Below, piece after piece: positions 11,401-25,800 of a stretch of DNA of 64,000 nucleotides. The position numbers and the translations under genes were made by a program. This DNA comes from Epithemia pelagica. Taxonomy: Eukaryota > Protista > Bacillariophyta. The notes under the pieces were generated by a model. The model was given only the letters and a program-made list of their open reading frames with translations, was not told the origin of the DNA and did no database searches. Numbering within the stretch: position 1 is the first letter of the stretch; every line of letters begins with the position of its first letter. Location of the stretch: contig OX337238.1 in NCBI GenBank assembly GCA_946965045.2, positions 2,294,001 through 2,358,000 on the forward strand, given 5' to 3'.

Positions 11401-14400
11401 CGATGGAAGCCCTTGAAGACCAAATGCAACAGCAAGTGGATGAGGCTCAAAACGAGGTGGATCGATTAATGAACGAACTCGATTCAACTCGATCTAGCCA
11501 TGAAGAAGAACGTGATGAACTTCAAACTCGATTGGAAGATTTGAAGAATAAGTTTGATTCTGCCATATCGGTCCACGAGGAAGAACGTGACGAATTGCAA
11601 ACACGTGTAGAAGATCTGAAGCAGCAAGTGAACAGTGCGGTCCAAGAGAAAGCGCAAGCCGCGCCCCAATCTTCTCAAAATAACGCCACCGAAACTCCGG
11701 ACCTGCAGAATCAACTTACAGCCTTGCAAAAAGAGTTGCAGGAAGCAATCAAAATGAAAGACGAACAAATATATCAACATGAGGCAACAATTCGAGAACT
11801 GCAGGCTCGCATAGACTCTGGTTTAGGTTCTTATACGGTCGATGATATCCGAAGCCGTGATGAAGAAATCGAGCAGCTGCGTCAGTCGAACGACGCTGCT
11901 CAAGATTGGATGTCAAAGGCGGTCGAGCATCATAATATGCTCTCGGAGCAAGTGGCGACGCTCACGAATGAAAATCTACATCTGAAATCGGAGAACAAAG
12001 AGCTGCAGGACAAACTCTTGCCCTCTGAGGCGTCCGCACGCCTTACAGAACAGCTGGAAAAGGATACGGAAAAGCAAGGAGCGGAATTGGAGAGACTGAC
12101 GTCAGAGCTTGAGCAGAAGGAACAAGCGTTGAACGACCTTGTTGCCAGACATAATGATGAGATAGAGGGATTGAAAGCGTCTCTTGCTTCAGCCTCTATC
12201 CATGAAGAAGAGAGACATCCTGTGGCAACGGAGGAAGTTGCCTCTCTGCGAATACCGTTGGGTGACAAGATTGAGGAACTCAACAAATTGATTCATGAAC
12301 ACCAGTCTCTTCAAGACAAGTTTAATGAAGTCAATACTCGAGCATGTGATTTTGATATGGAGGTAGCAGAGTTGAAAGCAGAGTTGCAAGATGCAGAAGA
12401 GGGCAAGGAAATGTCTGAATCAAAATCCAGACATTTGGAAGAGAGACTTCAAGCGTTGATTGGAATGGAGGAACGTGTAAAAGAACTAGAAGGTAAGCTC
12501 GAAAACCTTGCGTTGAATGGTTGATCAGTTTATGCGAGGACTCACACAGGATAACAAAAACCTGCTTTTGTGACGTAATCACACATTGCAGCAGCTGAGG
12601 CTAAATGGAGCGAGGACATGGATCAATATCGAACTGTAAAGGACGAAGAAATTCGACAGCTGACTGATCGCATCGCCTCTTTGCAAGAGAATTGTGCGAG
12701 TCTCGAGGAGCGCTGCCGTGCGGCGGAATCTCGATCGATGGAACATGAAACAGAGCAGACGGCTGGTGAAAGTAGGAGCGAAGCAAATGAAATGGACAAG
12801 GTGCACGAGTTGGAGACTCAGCTGTCAAATCTCCGAGAAGAAATGGAAGTCCAAGAAAAAGAAGCCACACGTGTCATCTCACAGTGGCAAGAAAGTTATT
12901 CCTCGGTTGAAGCGCGATGCAATGAACTGCAAAGTCGCATAGTCGAGTTAGAGTTCACACGGACGTCTGTCGATGCAGCCATCATCAACGGGAAAGACAG
13001 TGACCACGTACAGTCCGCTAGAGTCGTGGAACTTGAACAGCTTTTGCACGAAAAAGAACGACAAGCAGCAGCCGTAGCGTCTCAATGGCAAGCTAGCTAC
13101 GAATATTTAAAGAACGAAAACGCCGAGCTCATGTCGCGACTTGAGGAGCAACCAAAGGTTCAAATAAACTCTGTCGATACAGGTAACGAGAGCGCCGAAC
13201 TCCAATCTCTGAATAATAGAGTTGAAGCAATGGAAATTCAGTTGCATCAAGCAAACGAGAATTCCTCCAAATCCGAGTCGTTGTGTGAGGGTTTACGAGC
13301 TGAAAAAAAGTCCCTGGCAGCGCAGCTTGTAACCATGTCGCATGAATATGACGATATGGTAGGCCAAGACGAGGAGCTGAAAAAGAAGTTAAGTTCTATG
13401 GAGCGAAAGGTGACGGACATGGAAGGTTCGTTGAGTACTTTAAAGGGCGTTGCAGAAGACCGTGCCTCTCACATAAAAGAACTTGAGGCAGAACTAGAAT
13501 CCAAAACCGCCGAACTTGCTGGTGAAGAAAGCGAGGCTGATGAAGTGATTAAAGAATGGCAAGAGAGTTACAATGACCTCCAAAAAGAAAAGACAGAGAT
13601 CGAAAAGAAGCTCGACTCTCTCTCGTCAGATTATGACACAGCTTTATCTGAACGTGAACAGTACCACACAAGGGTGAGGGAATTGGAGTCAAAGCTTGAG
13701 GAGATAGAGTTGCAAAACGCGAATCTAGCTGAAGAACATGCTCGACGGATAAATGAACTTGAGGTAGAACTAGAATCCAAAACCGCCGAACTTGCTGGTG
13801 AAGAAAGCGAGGCTGATGAAGTGATTCAAGAATGGCAAGAGAGTTACAATGATCTTCAAAAAGAAAAGACAGAGATCGAAAAGAAGCTCGACTCTCTCTC
13901 GTCAGATTATGACACAGCTTTATCTGAACGTGAACAGTACCACGCAAGGGTGAGGGAATTGGAGTCAAAGCTTGAGGAGATAGAGTTGCAAAACGCGAAT
14001 CTAGCTGAAGAACATGCTCGACGGATAAATGAACTTGAGGTAGAACTAGAATCCAAAACCGCCGAACTTGCTGGTGAAGAAAGCGAGGCTGATGAAGTGA
14101 TTAAAGAATGGCAAGAGAGTTACAATGACCTCCAAAAAGAAAAGACAGAGATCGAAAAGAAGCTCGACTCTCTCTCGTCAGATTATGACACAGCTTTATC
14201 TGAACGTGAACAGTACCACACAAGGGTGAGGGAATTGGAGTCAAAGCTTGAGGAGATAGAGTTGCAAAACGCGAATCTAGCTGAAGAACATGCTCGACGG
14301 ATAAATGAACTTGAGGTAGAACTAGAATCCAAAACCGCCGAACTTGCTGGTGAAGAAAGCGAGGCTGATGAAGTGATTCAAGAATGGCAAGAGAGTTACA

Positions 14401-17400
14401 ATGATCTTCAAAAAGAAAAGACAGAGATCGAAAAGAAGCTCGACTCTCTCTCGTCAGATTATGACACAGCTTTATCTGAACGTGAACAGTACCACGCAAG
14501 GGTGAGGGAATTGGAGTCAAAGCTTGAGGAGATAGAGTTGCAAAACGCGAATCTAGCTGAAGAACATGCTCGACGGATAAATGAACTTGAGGTAGAACTA
14601 GAATCCAAAACCGCCGAACTTGCTGGTGAAGAAAGCGAGGCTGATGAAGTGATTCAAGAATGGCAAGAGAGTTACAATGATCTTCAAAAAGAAAAGACAG
14701 AGATCGAAAAGAAGCTCGACTCTCTCTCGTCAGATTATGACACAGCTTTATCTGAACGTGAACAGTACCACGCAAGGGTGAGGGAATTGGAGTCAAAGCT
14801 TGAGGAGATAGAGTTGCAAAACGCGAATCTAGCTGAAGAACATGCTCGACGGATAAATGAACTTGAGGCAGAACTAGAATCCAAAACCGCCGAACTTGCT
14901 GGTGAAGAAAGCGAGGCTGATGAAGTGATTCAAGAATGGCAAGAGAGTTACAATGATCTTCAAAACGAAAAGACAGAGATCGAAAAGAAGCTCGACTCTC
15001 TCTTGTCCGAGCATAACGCTGCCTTGTCTGAACGGGATCAGTACCTCACGAGGGTGAGGGAGTTGGAGTCCACGCTTGAAGGTATAGAGTTGCAAAAGGT
15101 CACCGTGCAGTCTCAAGAAACGCGTATTGGAGTCCTGGAAACGCAACTGAAAGAAAAAGAGGATGAGCTTGCCAAATTATCGGGTGAAGATGAAATTATC
15201 GATGGGTTAGAGCAACATAATAAGTCTCTGGAAAAAGAATTAGAAGATCTGCGGTCTCGAATGGATACAGTGGCGTGTTCGCTAGATGAAGCCAGACAAA
15301 AAACAGAGAAGGATCGTGCGAAAATCGCTGAGCTGGAGTCAACTGTATTGAATGGTAACTTGGACAAGAACAAATTGACTGAAGCGACTGCTCGTATCAC
15401 AGAACTGGAGACTGAGCTACGAACCGCAGAAGATCAGTTTGCGAAGGACAGTGAAGAGGCTGATGAAATCATCACGCAGTGGAAAGACAGTCATGATGAG
15501 CTTGAAAGGGCGAAAGCAGAAGTTGATGAGGCGCTACATGAAGCTGTCTCGAGTCGAGACGAATATATGGCTATGGCTGATCAGCTTCAAACGGACCTAC
15601 TGGAAGCCCAGAGGTCGGTAGAACGTGGAAATGTTACTGAGCTGCAACAGCAAAAAGCTTCGTTAGAAGCCCTCATTGTTGGCAAAGATGAAGCCATTTC
15701 AGATGCTGTTTCGAAATTGGACACAGCGGAAGAAAGAATCCATTCCTTGGAACAAGAGCTTCTTATGAAAACAGAGGAGCTTGAAAAGGACGTACAAGAC
15801 GCCGATGATGTCATCAATCAATGGCAAGAAAGTTACAACCTTGTTTTGGCTGAAAAGGAAGAGGCAGAATCGCGTTTTGAATCAATATCGAAGGAATTAG
15901 CAGATTGCAAAACCAGGCACAGTGATGATCTTCGGCGCTGGGAAGAACGGCATGACCTTGCCATTGCCGAGAAAACTGATTTGGAATCGCGTTTGGAAGA
16001 CATATCGAACGAGATAGACCGAAAGCAAATAGAAACAAAAGAGGACTCCCTTGCATGGCAAGAAAAGATCGATGCAGTTGTCTCCGAGAAAACGGATATG
16101 GAACGTAGTCTCGAATCGATGTCCCAAAAGCTGGAAGATCAGAAAGTTAGTCTCTCGGAATTACAGGATAAATACGATTCCGTTGTCAACTTAAAGAACG
16201 AGACCGAGTCTCGTTTGCGAGTTGTGTCAGAGGAGGTAAAAGAAAATAATGCCCGACATAATGACGATATCCGTCAATGGAAGGAAAAGTACGATCATGC
16301 TGTGTTAGAAAAAGAGAAAGTTGAAAATCGGCTGGAGAGTGCGTTAGAAGAAATCAATGAGCAAAAGTCTAAAACTGATGGCGAAGCAAGTCTCTGGCAA
16401 GGAAAATACAATCTTGTAATGGAGGAGAAAAAAGAACTTGAGTGTCGTTTGGAGAACATATTGAAGGAACGCGAGCAGAACCATGATCTAGATTCAGAAC
16501 ACAAGGTTCATGGTTTAGATGATCTCGCGCAAGAGCATCAGAGGATCACGGAAGAACTCAACGTGAAATGCAAGTCACTAGAAGATTTGTCGGCAAAGCT
16601 TGCCAATAGCTTGGACTCAGTTAGAAGGGATCATACAAACAAAGAATCAGAATTTAAAAGAGAAACGGATGCACTCAAGCAATCCGTTAGTGAATATGAG
16701 ATTCGAGTGAAGGAATTGGAAGCAGCTTTGGCCGAAGAGGTTGAACAGGCCGACGAGGCCATTCAACAGTGGCAAGAAAGCTACGATGCGGTTCTAGCGG
16801 AAAAAGAAGAATTGGAATCAGCATTGAAGGATGCAAAAGGAAGTGAACCAATGGATTCCGAGCAAACCCTCCTAGTCACTGAGATAACTGAGGCAAAAGA
16901 CCTTTTGTCCAAGAGAGATTTGGAGCACCAGGAACTCTTAGATTCTTACACGGCAACCCTGCAACTCTTTGACGAACAGAAAGTGTCCTACGAGGAACAA
17001 CTCGAACTGTTCAGGTTGAAGGCTGAACGCTTTGAGGCTGAAGCCGCCAACTCGACTCAAAATCTGGAAGTCTTGAAGTCACAATACGATGATCTTCGAG
17101 CTGCGAAACAAGATATAGAAGAGGAGCTTCGTGTTCTGTCCAGAAAACTCGAAGAATCCACCACGCCGCCCAGCGAACAGAACCATGATCGAAGTCCGTC
17201 AAAAAACACATATAAAGACCAAGAAGATGTATTCCAGAACAAGGCGGACACAGAACGTTCGGAACGAATGGACGGAGACCCTAGAGGTTCCTTGGCTTTG
17301 GACGAAGACATAGTCCGTGGTTCCCATCATGGAACCGAGTCTGAACTTGATGGGCCCGGGCGCCTCACTAGTTACACTCCTCCACCACGAACAATTTCAG

Positions 17401-19639
17401 TTAATTTACAGGCTGAACTTGAATCAGAACGAGAAGCACGAAAAAATGAGGAGGATCGATGTATGAGATTAGAGCTCGAACATGAAGCGCAGAAGACCGA
17501 ATCGACAAGACTTATAAGGTCGTGGAGAGGTACGAGCAAGTTACTTATGTGTTTTGTGGTGCACAATTTATCAGTTAACTTTGTTTGATATTCAAATACG
17601 CTACAGGAGAAGCAGAAGAATTTGGTAAACTTCTGCAGAAGACACGTCTTGAACTGGAAACGCATCGCAAAGAGGCTAATGAGACTATAGCACGACTTGA
17701 GGCCCGCTGCGAAGAATTAGAATCAAAAGAATCGCGTGATATCGGAGATCATGGAAGACCAACAGAATCTGCTGTTGACACTGTTCCACGCGAAATGTAC
17801 GATAACGAAGTTGCGGTGAAAAGGAAAGCTGAAACTGAAGCATTAATGATGAATCAAAAGGTTGCAGAAAAAGAGGAAGAAATAGCTATTCTGAAACAGA
17901 AGTTAAGGGAAACTGAAGAGGCTCTATCGGTACGTCTGGAGTCGGCGATATCGGATTGTGAGCGAATCACTCGAGAACGAGATACACAAAGAACAATTGA
18001 AAATGAACGTTTCGCTGCTCTTGAGCGTAGCTTTGAGGACCTTCGAGGAAGCTTTGCCTCTCTGCAACAAGAACGTGACGCTCTGCGTCTTCAAGTTACA
18101 GAACTCGAGGGGGAGCTCAAGGAAGCTTTTGACGGACTGCAGTTCCACCTAACGAATGAAATCTCGGAACAAGCAACGAAGATGGCCGCTGACGCGCTGA
18201 GACAGCAGGTAGACGATTTGAGGCAGAAAGTCGAAAAGGAGGGCATGGCATCTCAGGCGGAGCGCACTGCGAGGCTAGCAGCTGAACAAGAAACTAAGCG
18301 ACTGAGGTCGGACCTGGCCGCAATATTTGGAATGGAACCAAGTGACGAGAATCAAAACGAAATCTTGAGGAGGACTGCGAAAGCAACCGAGCGTTTCCAA
18401 CGCTCTGAAAAAGCCGAGATCGATGAAATAAAAAACGCTGTTCAACGTGCGGTCGAGGAACTTGACTCCACGCGAACAGTCCTTGCTGGGACAGAGCAAC
18501 GTGCATCTGCCGCCGAGCTGCGTTCAGTTCAGTTGGAACAAGACTTGTTAACTTCCAAGAGTGATCTTGAATTGCTGTCTCAGATGATGGAAGAACTAAA
18601 AACCGCAGAATCCTCGAAACGAGTATCAATGGAAAACCGCATCTCAGCCTTTGAGGACGAGCAGAATGTTCTCCGCCGTCTCCACGAAGCAGAGGTGGAA
18701 AATTTGCGCAATGAACTCGAGCATGTTCGTTTGGAAAAAGAGGGTTTGTTTCAATCTCTAAAAGACTCCGAAAAGAGCAGGGAAGCTTTACTCCAGGCTT
18801 CGTCACGGAGCAGAGACCTCGACTCCGCTCAAAATGCTGCGCTTGAGTTGGCTCGGTTGAGAATGGAGAAGGCGCATCTCCTAGCAGCGTCTTCACAGGA
18901 AGCGTCGCGCACGGAACGTCGCATTAGAGAGCTAAGAGAGGCAGCAAAGTCTACAGCAGAAGCAGACGTCTTGGTGGAACGTGAACTACGAGCTGCCGCC
19001 GAACTTGCTTTGGAACGTGCTACAGCAGATCTACGAAACGCAAGGTCAAGGTTGACAACAACGGATGCTGCAACCTCGCAAAGGGGCTCAAACATGAATG
19101 TGCTGGAAGTGGAATTGAAGAAACTTAAGGATAGTTTATCGTTGCTGGAGGAAGAAAAGAAAGGACTTCAGCAGGAGCTGGATTTGTTGAAACAATCCTC
19201 TGAACAAAGGATTGTCAATCTGAAAGAAGAAGTCCGATCCGCAAAAGCGAAGGCCTTGCAGTCCGAACGTGCTGTCCGTCGCGACGCAGAGGTTCAGGCT
19301 GAGCTGGCGAAATTGCACAAAGACTCAGATGGACTTTCGGCATGTACTCAGGTTGATGAGGGAGATGATCAGTTCCACCACTCTTCCCGATTGTCTAGTC
19401 TGTATGATCTCGTCGAACAACAAAGGGACACAATAAAACAGCAACGAGATGCTCACTCGGCCTTAGAGAGTGACTTTGAAGGCCTTTTGGCTCTTCTTGC
19501 TCAAAACAAACTGGTTGAAGAAAGTCTTAGTGCTGCACTCATCGAAGCTGGGGGAGAAAAAGCCGTTACGGATGCGATCTCGAACGCCGAAGAAAAGGCG
19601 GTGGCTCAGTACGGAACATTTGTCCGAGTTGGTTGTTAA
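8171..19639 (+). CDS. USO1: Uso1/p115-like vesicle tethering protein (armadillo head plus very long coiled coil), 4 exons (8171-10727, 10810-12519, 12592-17529, 17607-19639), about 3,745 aa
   Basis: Head motifs LLDRLVSATL, LLGAPNGLHRLGDLL, EQVRNQALLL and EDGGLTNGPVLTQDCCAILHNL, and C-terminal DFEGLLALLAQ, resemble Uso1/p115. Three GT-AG introns, all phase 1, join four ORFs into 11,238 nt (a multiple of 3). The intron 2 acceptor is NAGNAG (12592 or 12595). Confidence 0.85.
13473..15097 (+). repeat. Intragenic tandem array, 276-bp (92-aa) unit, about 5.9 copies
   Basis: GAACTAGAATCCAAAACC recurs at 13491, 13767, 14043, 14319, 14595 and 14871 (exact 276-bp period). Units 2-5 are nearly identical, including at synonymous sites. 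Confidence 0.97.
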
Positions 19640-19890
19640 AGACACCATTTCTTTCTATAGCGTGGAATTGGTTGTATTTTTTGTCTGTATCTGGGGCTGT
19701 CTGGAGAGATGATCATTTCATGATTTCATGTGATTGGTGGAAACTAGTGTGGCGTGCCATACGCGCAAATGAATTTTGAGCTACGTTGCTATTGGTGGAA
19801 AATCTTTGGTGTCTTGTATCCTCGGCCTCTCGATTTTGCATCATTTTGGTCAACTATAAGCTCATTGTTTTTGAATGACTCTACTTGAAC

Positions 19891-22800
19891 ATGATGTTCT
19901 CTACACCTCTCGGTCACCAGGTGCCGCCACCTGATGAAGAAGAGCTCTTTTCATATAGATCCTCCTTCACTAGAGGGTTTACTGAGTATCACGAGCTTCT
20001 GCTTAATATCTGTCTGGGCTTTGTCCGCCCACCACCAGTGCAACGTAGACTAAACAAGATTTTGGATAAGAACGATCTTGGTCTTCTCAAAGGAATGGTC
20101 CAGATTGAGTTTTTGTCTGGTTTAGAGAAGAATAGATCGGGGACGGAAGAAGCCTCAGGAAAAGAAGACCCACACCCTTACGACGTCTTCCTCATGGAGA
20201 CGACCCTCTCTCGACAAGACATGGGAGTTGCTGTCTGCATGCCAACCAAAAGTGGTAAAAACCTTTGGTACAATGGCCGAACGGAGATATGGTCCCTAGA
20301 TTCTCCTCCCTTTCCAAAGTGGAGAATTGCTTCGCTTTCCGGGCCGGCACGTATTCTTGCAGCGCTTTCGGAGAATCCCGATGTTCACCCTTTAATGGAA
20401 GCTGCAATGAAGCGCGAGCTCCTCATGGATGCAGAAGAGGATTTGTCATCGCTCGATGAATCGAAAACATGGCACTTGAACGAGTCGCAAAAGGTTGCCG
20501 TTGCTACAGTCACCAGCCCAAGCTTTCAAAGTGGTTTCTTCTGTATCCAAGGACCCCCTGGGTATGTTCTTGATTGATCAATCGTTTGTAGGCGTGTGTT
20601 GCCCTAACTTACTACTTTTTTCAGGACCGGGAAAACATCGACTTTGACTGCGATGATATCAGCGATGAAGGAGCGCTCTCTTGTCCTCGCTCCATCGAAC
20701 GCCGCTGTGGCGAATATAGCGCTCAAGCTTTGGGCACAAGGAGGACTTGAATTGGAGGACATTATTGTTCACGGCTCGAACAGCGATCCTTCGGTTCACT
20801 TTTTGAATCCTCCTGCAAGGGGCATTCAGTACAGCACACTGGTCGAGGCATGGAAAAAAGAGAGAGACGCTTCCAAGCGAGATATCATTCTTCGAGAATT
20901 TGTCGAATGGCTGAAGATAAGGGAAGATCATAACCTCACATTGGCTGAACTTGGTCACATGTGTCCTTTCTTTGAGCTAACGTGTCGCGAAGGCCGTGCG
21001 CAGTACCAACAAGCGATAAATCAAGCAAAGGTACTTCTTTGCACTTTAAACTCTGCAGGATCGAAAACGATTCAGGATAATTTCTCCGCCCACACGATAT
21101 TCTTGGATGAAGCTTGTCAGTGCCCAGAAGCCGAGTTTTACATTGTCACTTCGTTTCCTCGTGTAAAAAGAGTTGTGGTTATGGGGGATCCTCAACAACT
21201 GCCATCTACTGTTCTTGACCGAACCTGCAAAGATTTCAACTATGGGTCTTCGTGGCTCGAGTCCGTCTACAAAACAAACCCCGACAAAATCCATCTTCTT
21301 GATACTCAGTACAGGATGGATCCATTAATTTTGAAGTTCCCGAACATGAAATTCTACGATAATCTTATTCAATGTGGGCGAAATGTATTGTCCAGAAATT
21401 CTCTTCTTTCTAAGCCGTTCGTCTTTGTTGACACAGATTCAGGGGGGCACGAAGAATTAGACAGTTTCTCGTGGAAAAACATCTTTGAAGTGACAGTTGT
21501 GAAGTCGATATTGATGACGGATTCGGACATAACACAGCTTTTGAAAAGTACCCGAGGGAAACGGGTAATTGTAATCACGCCGTACAAAGCTCAAGTTCAG
21601 CTCTTACGGTCAGCGCTGAAGCTTCCGTACCCTGATCACACTCTCGAAGTGAACACGGTGGATTCTTTCCAAGGGCAGGAAGGTGATGTTGTCGTGCTAT
21701 CAACTGTGAGAACACACAAAGTTGGCTTCGTCGACGACCGTCAGCGCCTCAATGTTGCTGTGACTCGAGCAAAAAGTGTTCTCCGAGTTGTAGGCGATGC
21801 GAAGTTCTTCAGTTCTCTGTCCCAATCTTCAACGTTACGCGCGCTTGTGGAGTTTTCCCTCTCTTGCGGAGTCCTGGAAAAGACCAAAGTGCGAACTATA
21901 CCATGGAGCCCTCCCAACTGGAGTTGTGAGACTTTTTTCAAGCCAGTCATGACAGTACGGTTTCTCGAATGTGTAAGTAGATGTCATGCATTTTTCATCT
22001 TGAAAGACAAGAAATAAGAAGACTTAAGTCTATCTTTTTCTTCAGGTTCGGAAATTGTCAAGTGTTTCCCGAAATATTTGCCAAAATACCCTTTTTGCTC
22101 TCGCCAAAGGTGATGAGAAATCTTTACTCTCGCCCATTCCAAAACGCTCCCTTCCTTCATGGTACATTTCATGTTTGCATGACTACTTTGATTTACGGAT
22201 TGTGTGGATTACGAAGCTTATAGACTGCAAACCCTCAATCGAAGCTCACTTCGCTGGAACTTACAAAGATTGTCTACGATTCACTCAGATGAATGCAGGT
22301 ATGATCCCTCCTGACACTTGTATAATGGAACCCAAGCTCGTAGGGGTGAGCCAGTGTGCAGAACAGCTCAGCCATCCTTCGAGTAAGGCAGAATTCACAG
22401 TATCATGGCCCGTGACAAATGTCACACAGAGAATAATGTTTTCTGGGGGGGACGAGCCAATCGGCAGTGTTCAACTTGACACATTTCAGGAACGAGTTGC
22501 TTGTGCATCTCCTCCTCTGATCATAGAGTCAAGGTCTGGAACCGGGAAAACTCTTGTTCTTCTGCAGCATTCGGCATATCATGCTCATATAGCGGACAAA
22601 AGACCTGCTTGCTTCGTAACGGTCTCCAGGCGTCTGCGTAATGAACTGGAATCCCGGTACAAACAAGTAAATCAAGCAGAGAATCTCCAGTTGCCAGACA
22701 CTTTATTCTTCACACTTTCCCAGCTGTTAGAAGATCTCCTGCAAGTAAGAAACATTCATGACTTTGACCAAAAACATCGATGTACGTATCTTGGTTACGT

Positions 22801-25800
22801 GGAAGAGCGCAGGTCTTACAGGAAGATCAAAGTTGAGGCCCATCTTGTGGAGAATGAAATTGGTGGAGTCATCAGTGGTTCATTAGTTGCGGCCACGCAG
22901 CGGAAACCTCTTTCTCGAAAACAGTACATGGAGGATATTAGGAGCAACATTGGGAATGACTTTAAAGAGGAACGCTGGCAAAGAACTCTTGTCTACGATG
23001 AATACGAGGAATATGTCAACTGGAAGCAGCGAAAGGAAATGTACGATTTTGGTGATGTTGTAATGAGGCTATTGCAGGAAGACGTCCCACAGTACTTCTC
23101 ATCAGGTAGGAGAGAATTTCGGTGAATGGCCCGTTTTACGATGCAATAACTCACCAATGAATATCTCGTGATTTTACCAAATTCAGCATACTTGGACGAA
23201 ATTCAGGATCTTTCCTATGCCGCGATTTATCTCATCTGTACATTGGCGGGTAAAGAAAGACTGCGATGGGTCTGTGCTGGCGATCCAGCTCAGATGATAT
23301 CTCCTGGATGTTCGTTCACATTTGACGGATTGAAACAGACTCTTCTTGCTGTGAAACCGGGAATAGAAGACCGCGTCAAACAGGTTACCCATTTGCTAGT
23401 CAATTACCGTACAACCAAGGACGTTCTTCATTTAGCCAATGAGGTGCTTACCGTTGCCCGTAAAAATTTTCGAGGCGCGATTCCATTCGCACGCCGCGAA
23501 GAGGCGAAGAAAGACCTTGGGTTCAAAGTGCTCCTTTGTGATCGGAAAACAGCATTTCAGCAGAAGTTGAAGCTGGGAACAAATCAAGCCGTGGTTTTCT
23601 CGTCCACTAATCCAGCGGATGCAGAAAGGATCATATTGAATTGGATTGGTTCACATCCTTTTGTTGTGTCCTCCTTAGAGTCAAAAGGTCTAGAGTTCGA
23701 CGATGTCATTGTTTTCTTTGACCATGACAGAACAGTATGGAACGTCGCAGGACAATCTGCATCATCGCTCCGGATGCTTCGCGAACTTTATGTTGCCATT
23801 ACCCGAGCCCAACGTCGCGTCGTGATTTTAACGAGCGGGTCCGACTCTGACATGGTCAAGTTCTTCAACAGTCTTGACTGCGAGTTTCAAGTCGAAGGCG
23901 CTGAGTTGGTCCTGAGCGACTTCAACAAGGTGACTACTCCCGAGGAGTGGTTCAAGAAGGCTCAAGAACATTTTTTCAATGAAGTCTACTTATTGGCAGC
24001 ACGTTGCTTTGACATTGCTGGGAAATCGAGCTGGTTTCACTGGAGCCAAGGAAAACATGCCGAAACATCAGGTAATTATTCAACTGCCTGGGAGGAATAT
24101 ATTTTGGCATTGAAAGCGTTTGACGCTGAAAATGACCATGAGAATGTAGTGCATGTCGGTTTGGCTCTCGCACACCCCTCCATCGCCAAACCTTCAGAAT
24201 GGGAAAAATCATACGATACTATCGTTGATGAGGCGTTGAAGTATAGTTCGAAGATGTTGCAGAAGATTGACAGCAGTTCAAAAGTAAGATTGGCTTTACT
24301 TCGAGATGCTTGGGAAAGTATCTCGATTGATCACCTGAAGGATCAGACCCTTGCTAGTCTTTTTATCGTATACCGTGGACAACAGAGCTTGAACGCACTT
24401 GTCGCCAAAGGTGATGACGAAGACAGATTGGTAGTTGCTGAAGCGCTGCCTTCGGTTGTCGGAGATTATCACAAAGAAAAGAAAGAGTTTGCCAAAGCCT
24501 CGTCTCTCTATCTTAAGCTTGGTACTCGTGGCAGGTCTGACGCAATCGAATTCACTAAATTATCAATGCGCGAGAATGAAGAGGGCACGAGACTAGTGGA
24601 GCTTCCTGGCGTCTGCGAGAGTTGGGTTCACAGTACGATTCTTCCTCGGGATGAATACGTCGAGTTGCTTCTCCAGTTGTTCAAAGATCCACTGAATGTC
24701 CCTTCCACATTGGCAAGACGTATGCTCACATTACTTGAGAAAAATCCGATCATTACGGCGGTGGATCATATTTCCGGCGATCGCACCCAACTAAAGAAGT
24801 TTGGTTGTCGTGAATTTTTCAAGGAAATTTCTGATGCGCTAGAAGATACATACCAGAAAGGTCGTCTTGAAGCGGCGAGATGGTTCATGGACCAAAATGA
24901 AGAAGAACTCGGGTGGCAGTTCTTACATGAATGTCGTTCAAAATTGACCGATGACGAAATGTGTGTTGCTGTTCAGATGTCACGGCCCTGTCGAACATGG
25001 TTGCTTCAGGAGACAAAACAGCGCCATATCTTTCCACTTGTTTGCTTGCGAACGCTCGCTTCACAAGACTTGCCGGAAAGCGGAAAAGACACGTTCCTCG
25101 CGGTATTGTCAGAATTTGCAATTGATTTTGAGTGCTCGCTTGTGGCTCTTGTTGCTTGGTGCTTTGAAAACTATTCAGGAAGCAATGGCTCTAGGAAAGG
25201 AAAAGGTGGACGAAAGACTAAGCGTGGTCTTCATGAAAAAACGTTGGCTCCAGCGAAGATCGTTGAACCTCTTTCCATATTCTCAAGAAAGCTACTTGCA
25301 GTGTGGCCAAGGATAGCTCATTCGACAGCCGCAGAAGGTCACGCGTTCTCGGGACCAGAGATGAAAGCGTTGCTTTTCTTCGTCTACAAACGTCTCAACA
25401 TACAAGAACGAACAAAATTTGACAAGATCACGTCTAAGGACAACGACATTCGGAAAGCCTGTGAAGTGTTTGTTGAACTATGGCTAGGTACCTCGGCAGC
25501 AGATCGAGATCGATCAGTTTGTCTCTCCGCTTCCGTAACAACTTCTTTCCTGAACTCAAAAGGACTTGACAGTGTTCAGCTGTTTTCTCTTTTCCAAGCT
25601 TGGTGCTTGGGAACCAATTGCTTTGAAGATTCCTTACCTGGTGCAGCGATTCTTCCAACTGTGAAGCTCGCACTTCAAGTGGATGATGACATTCGTGCAT
25701 TTGAAATAACTCGTAGAGCACTGTCTCGCAAAAACATGACAACGAAACAACATGGTGCTGTTTTATCATTTCTTTCTTCGAATCCCTCAAACATCTCGTC

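Noticed and set aside
13549-14796. Repeated minus-strand ORFs (MTPIPSPLRG...)
   Set aside because: Antisense shadows of the coding repeat.
13473-15097. CRISPR-like or satellite array
   Set aside because: Units are in frame, protein-coding and have no unique spacers.
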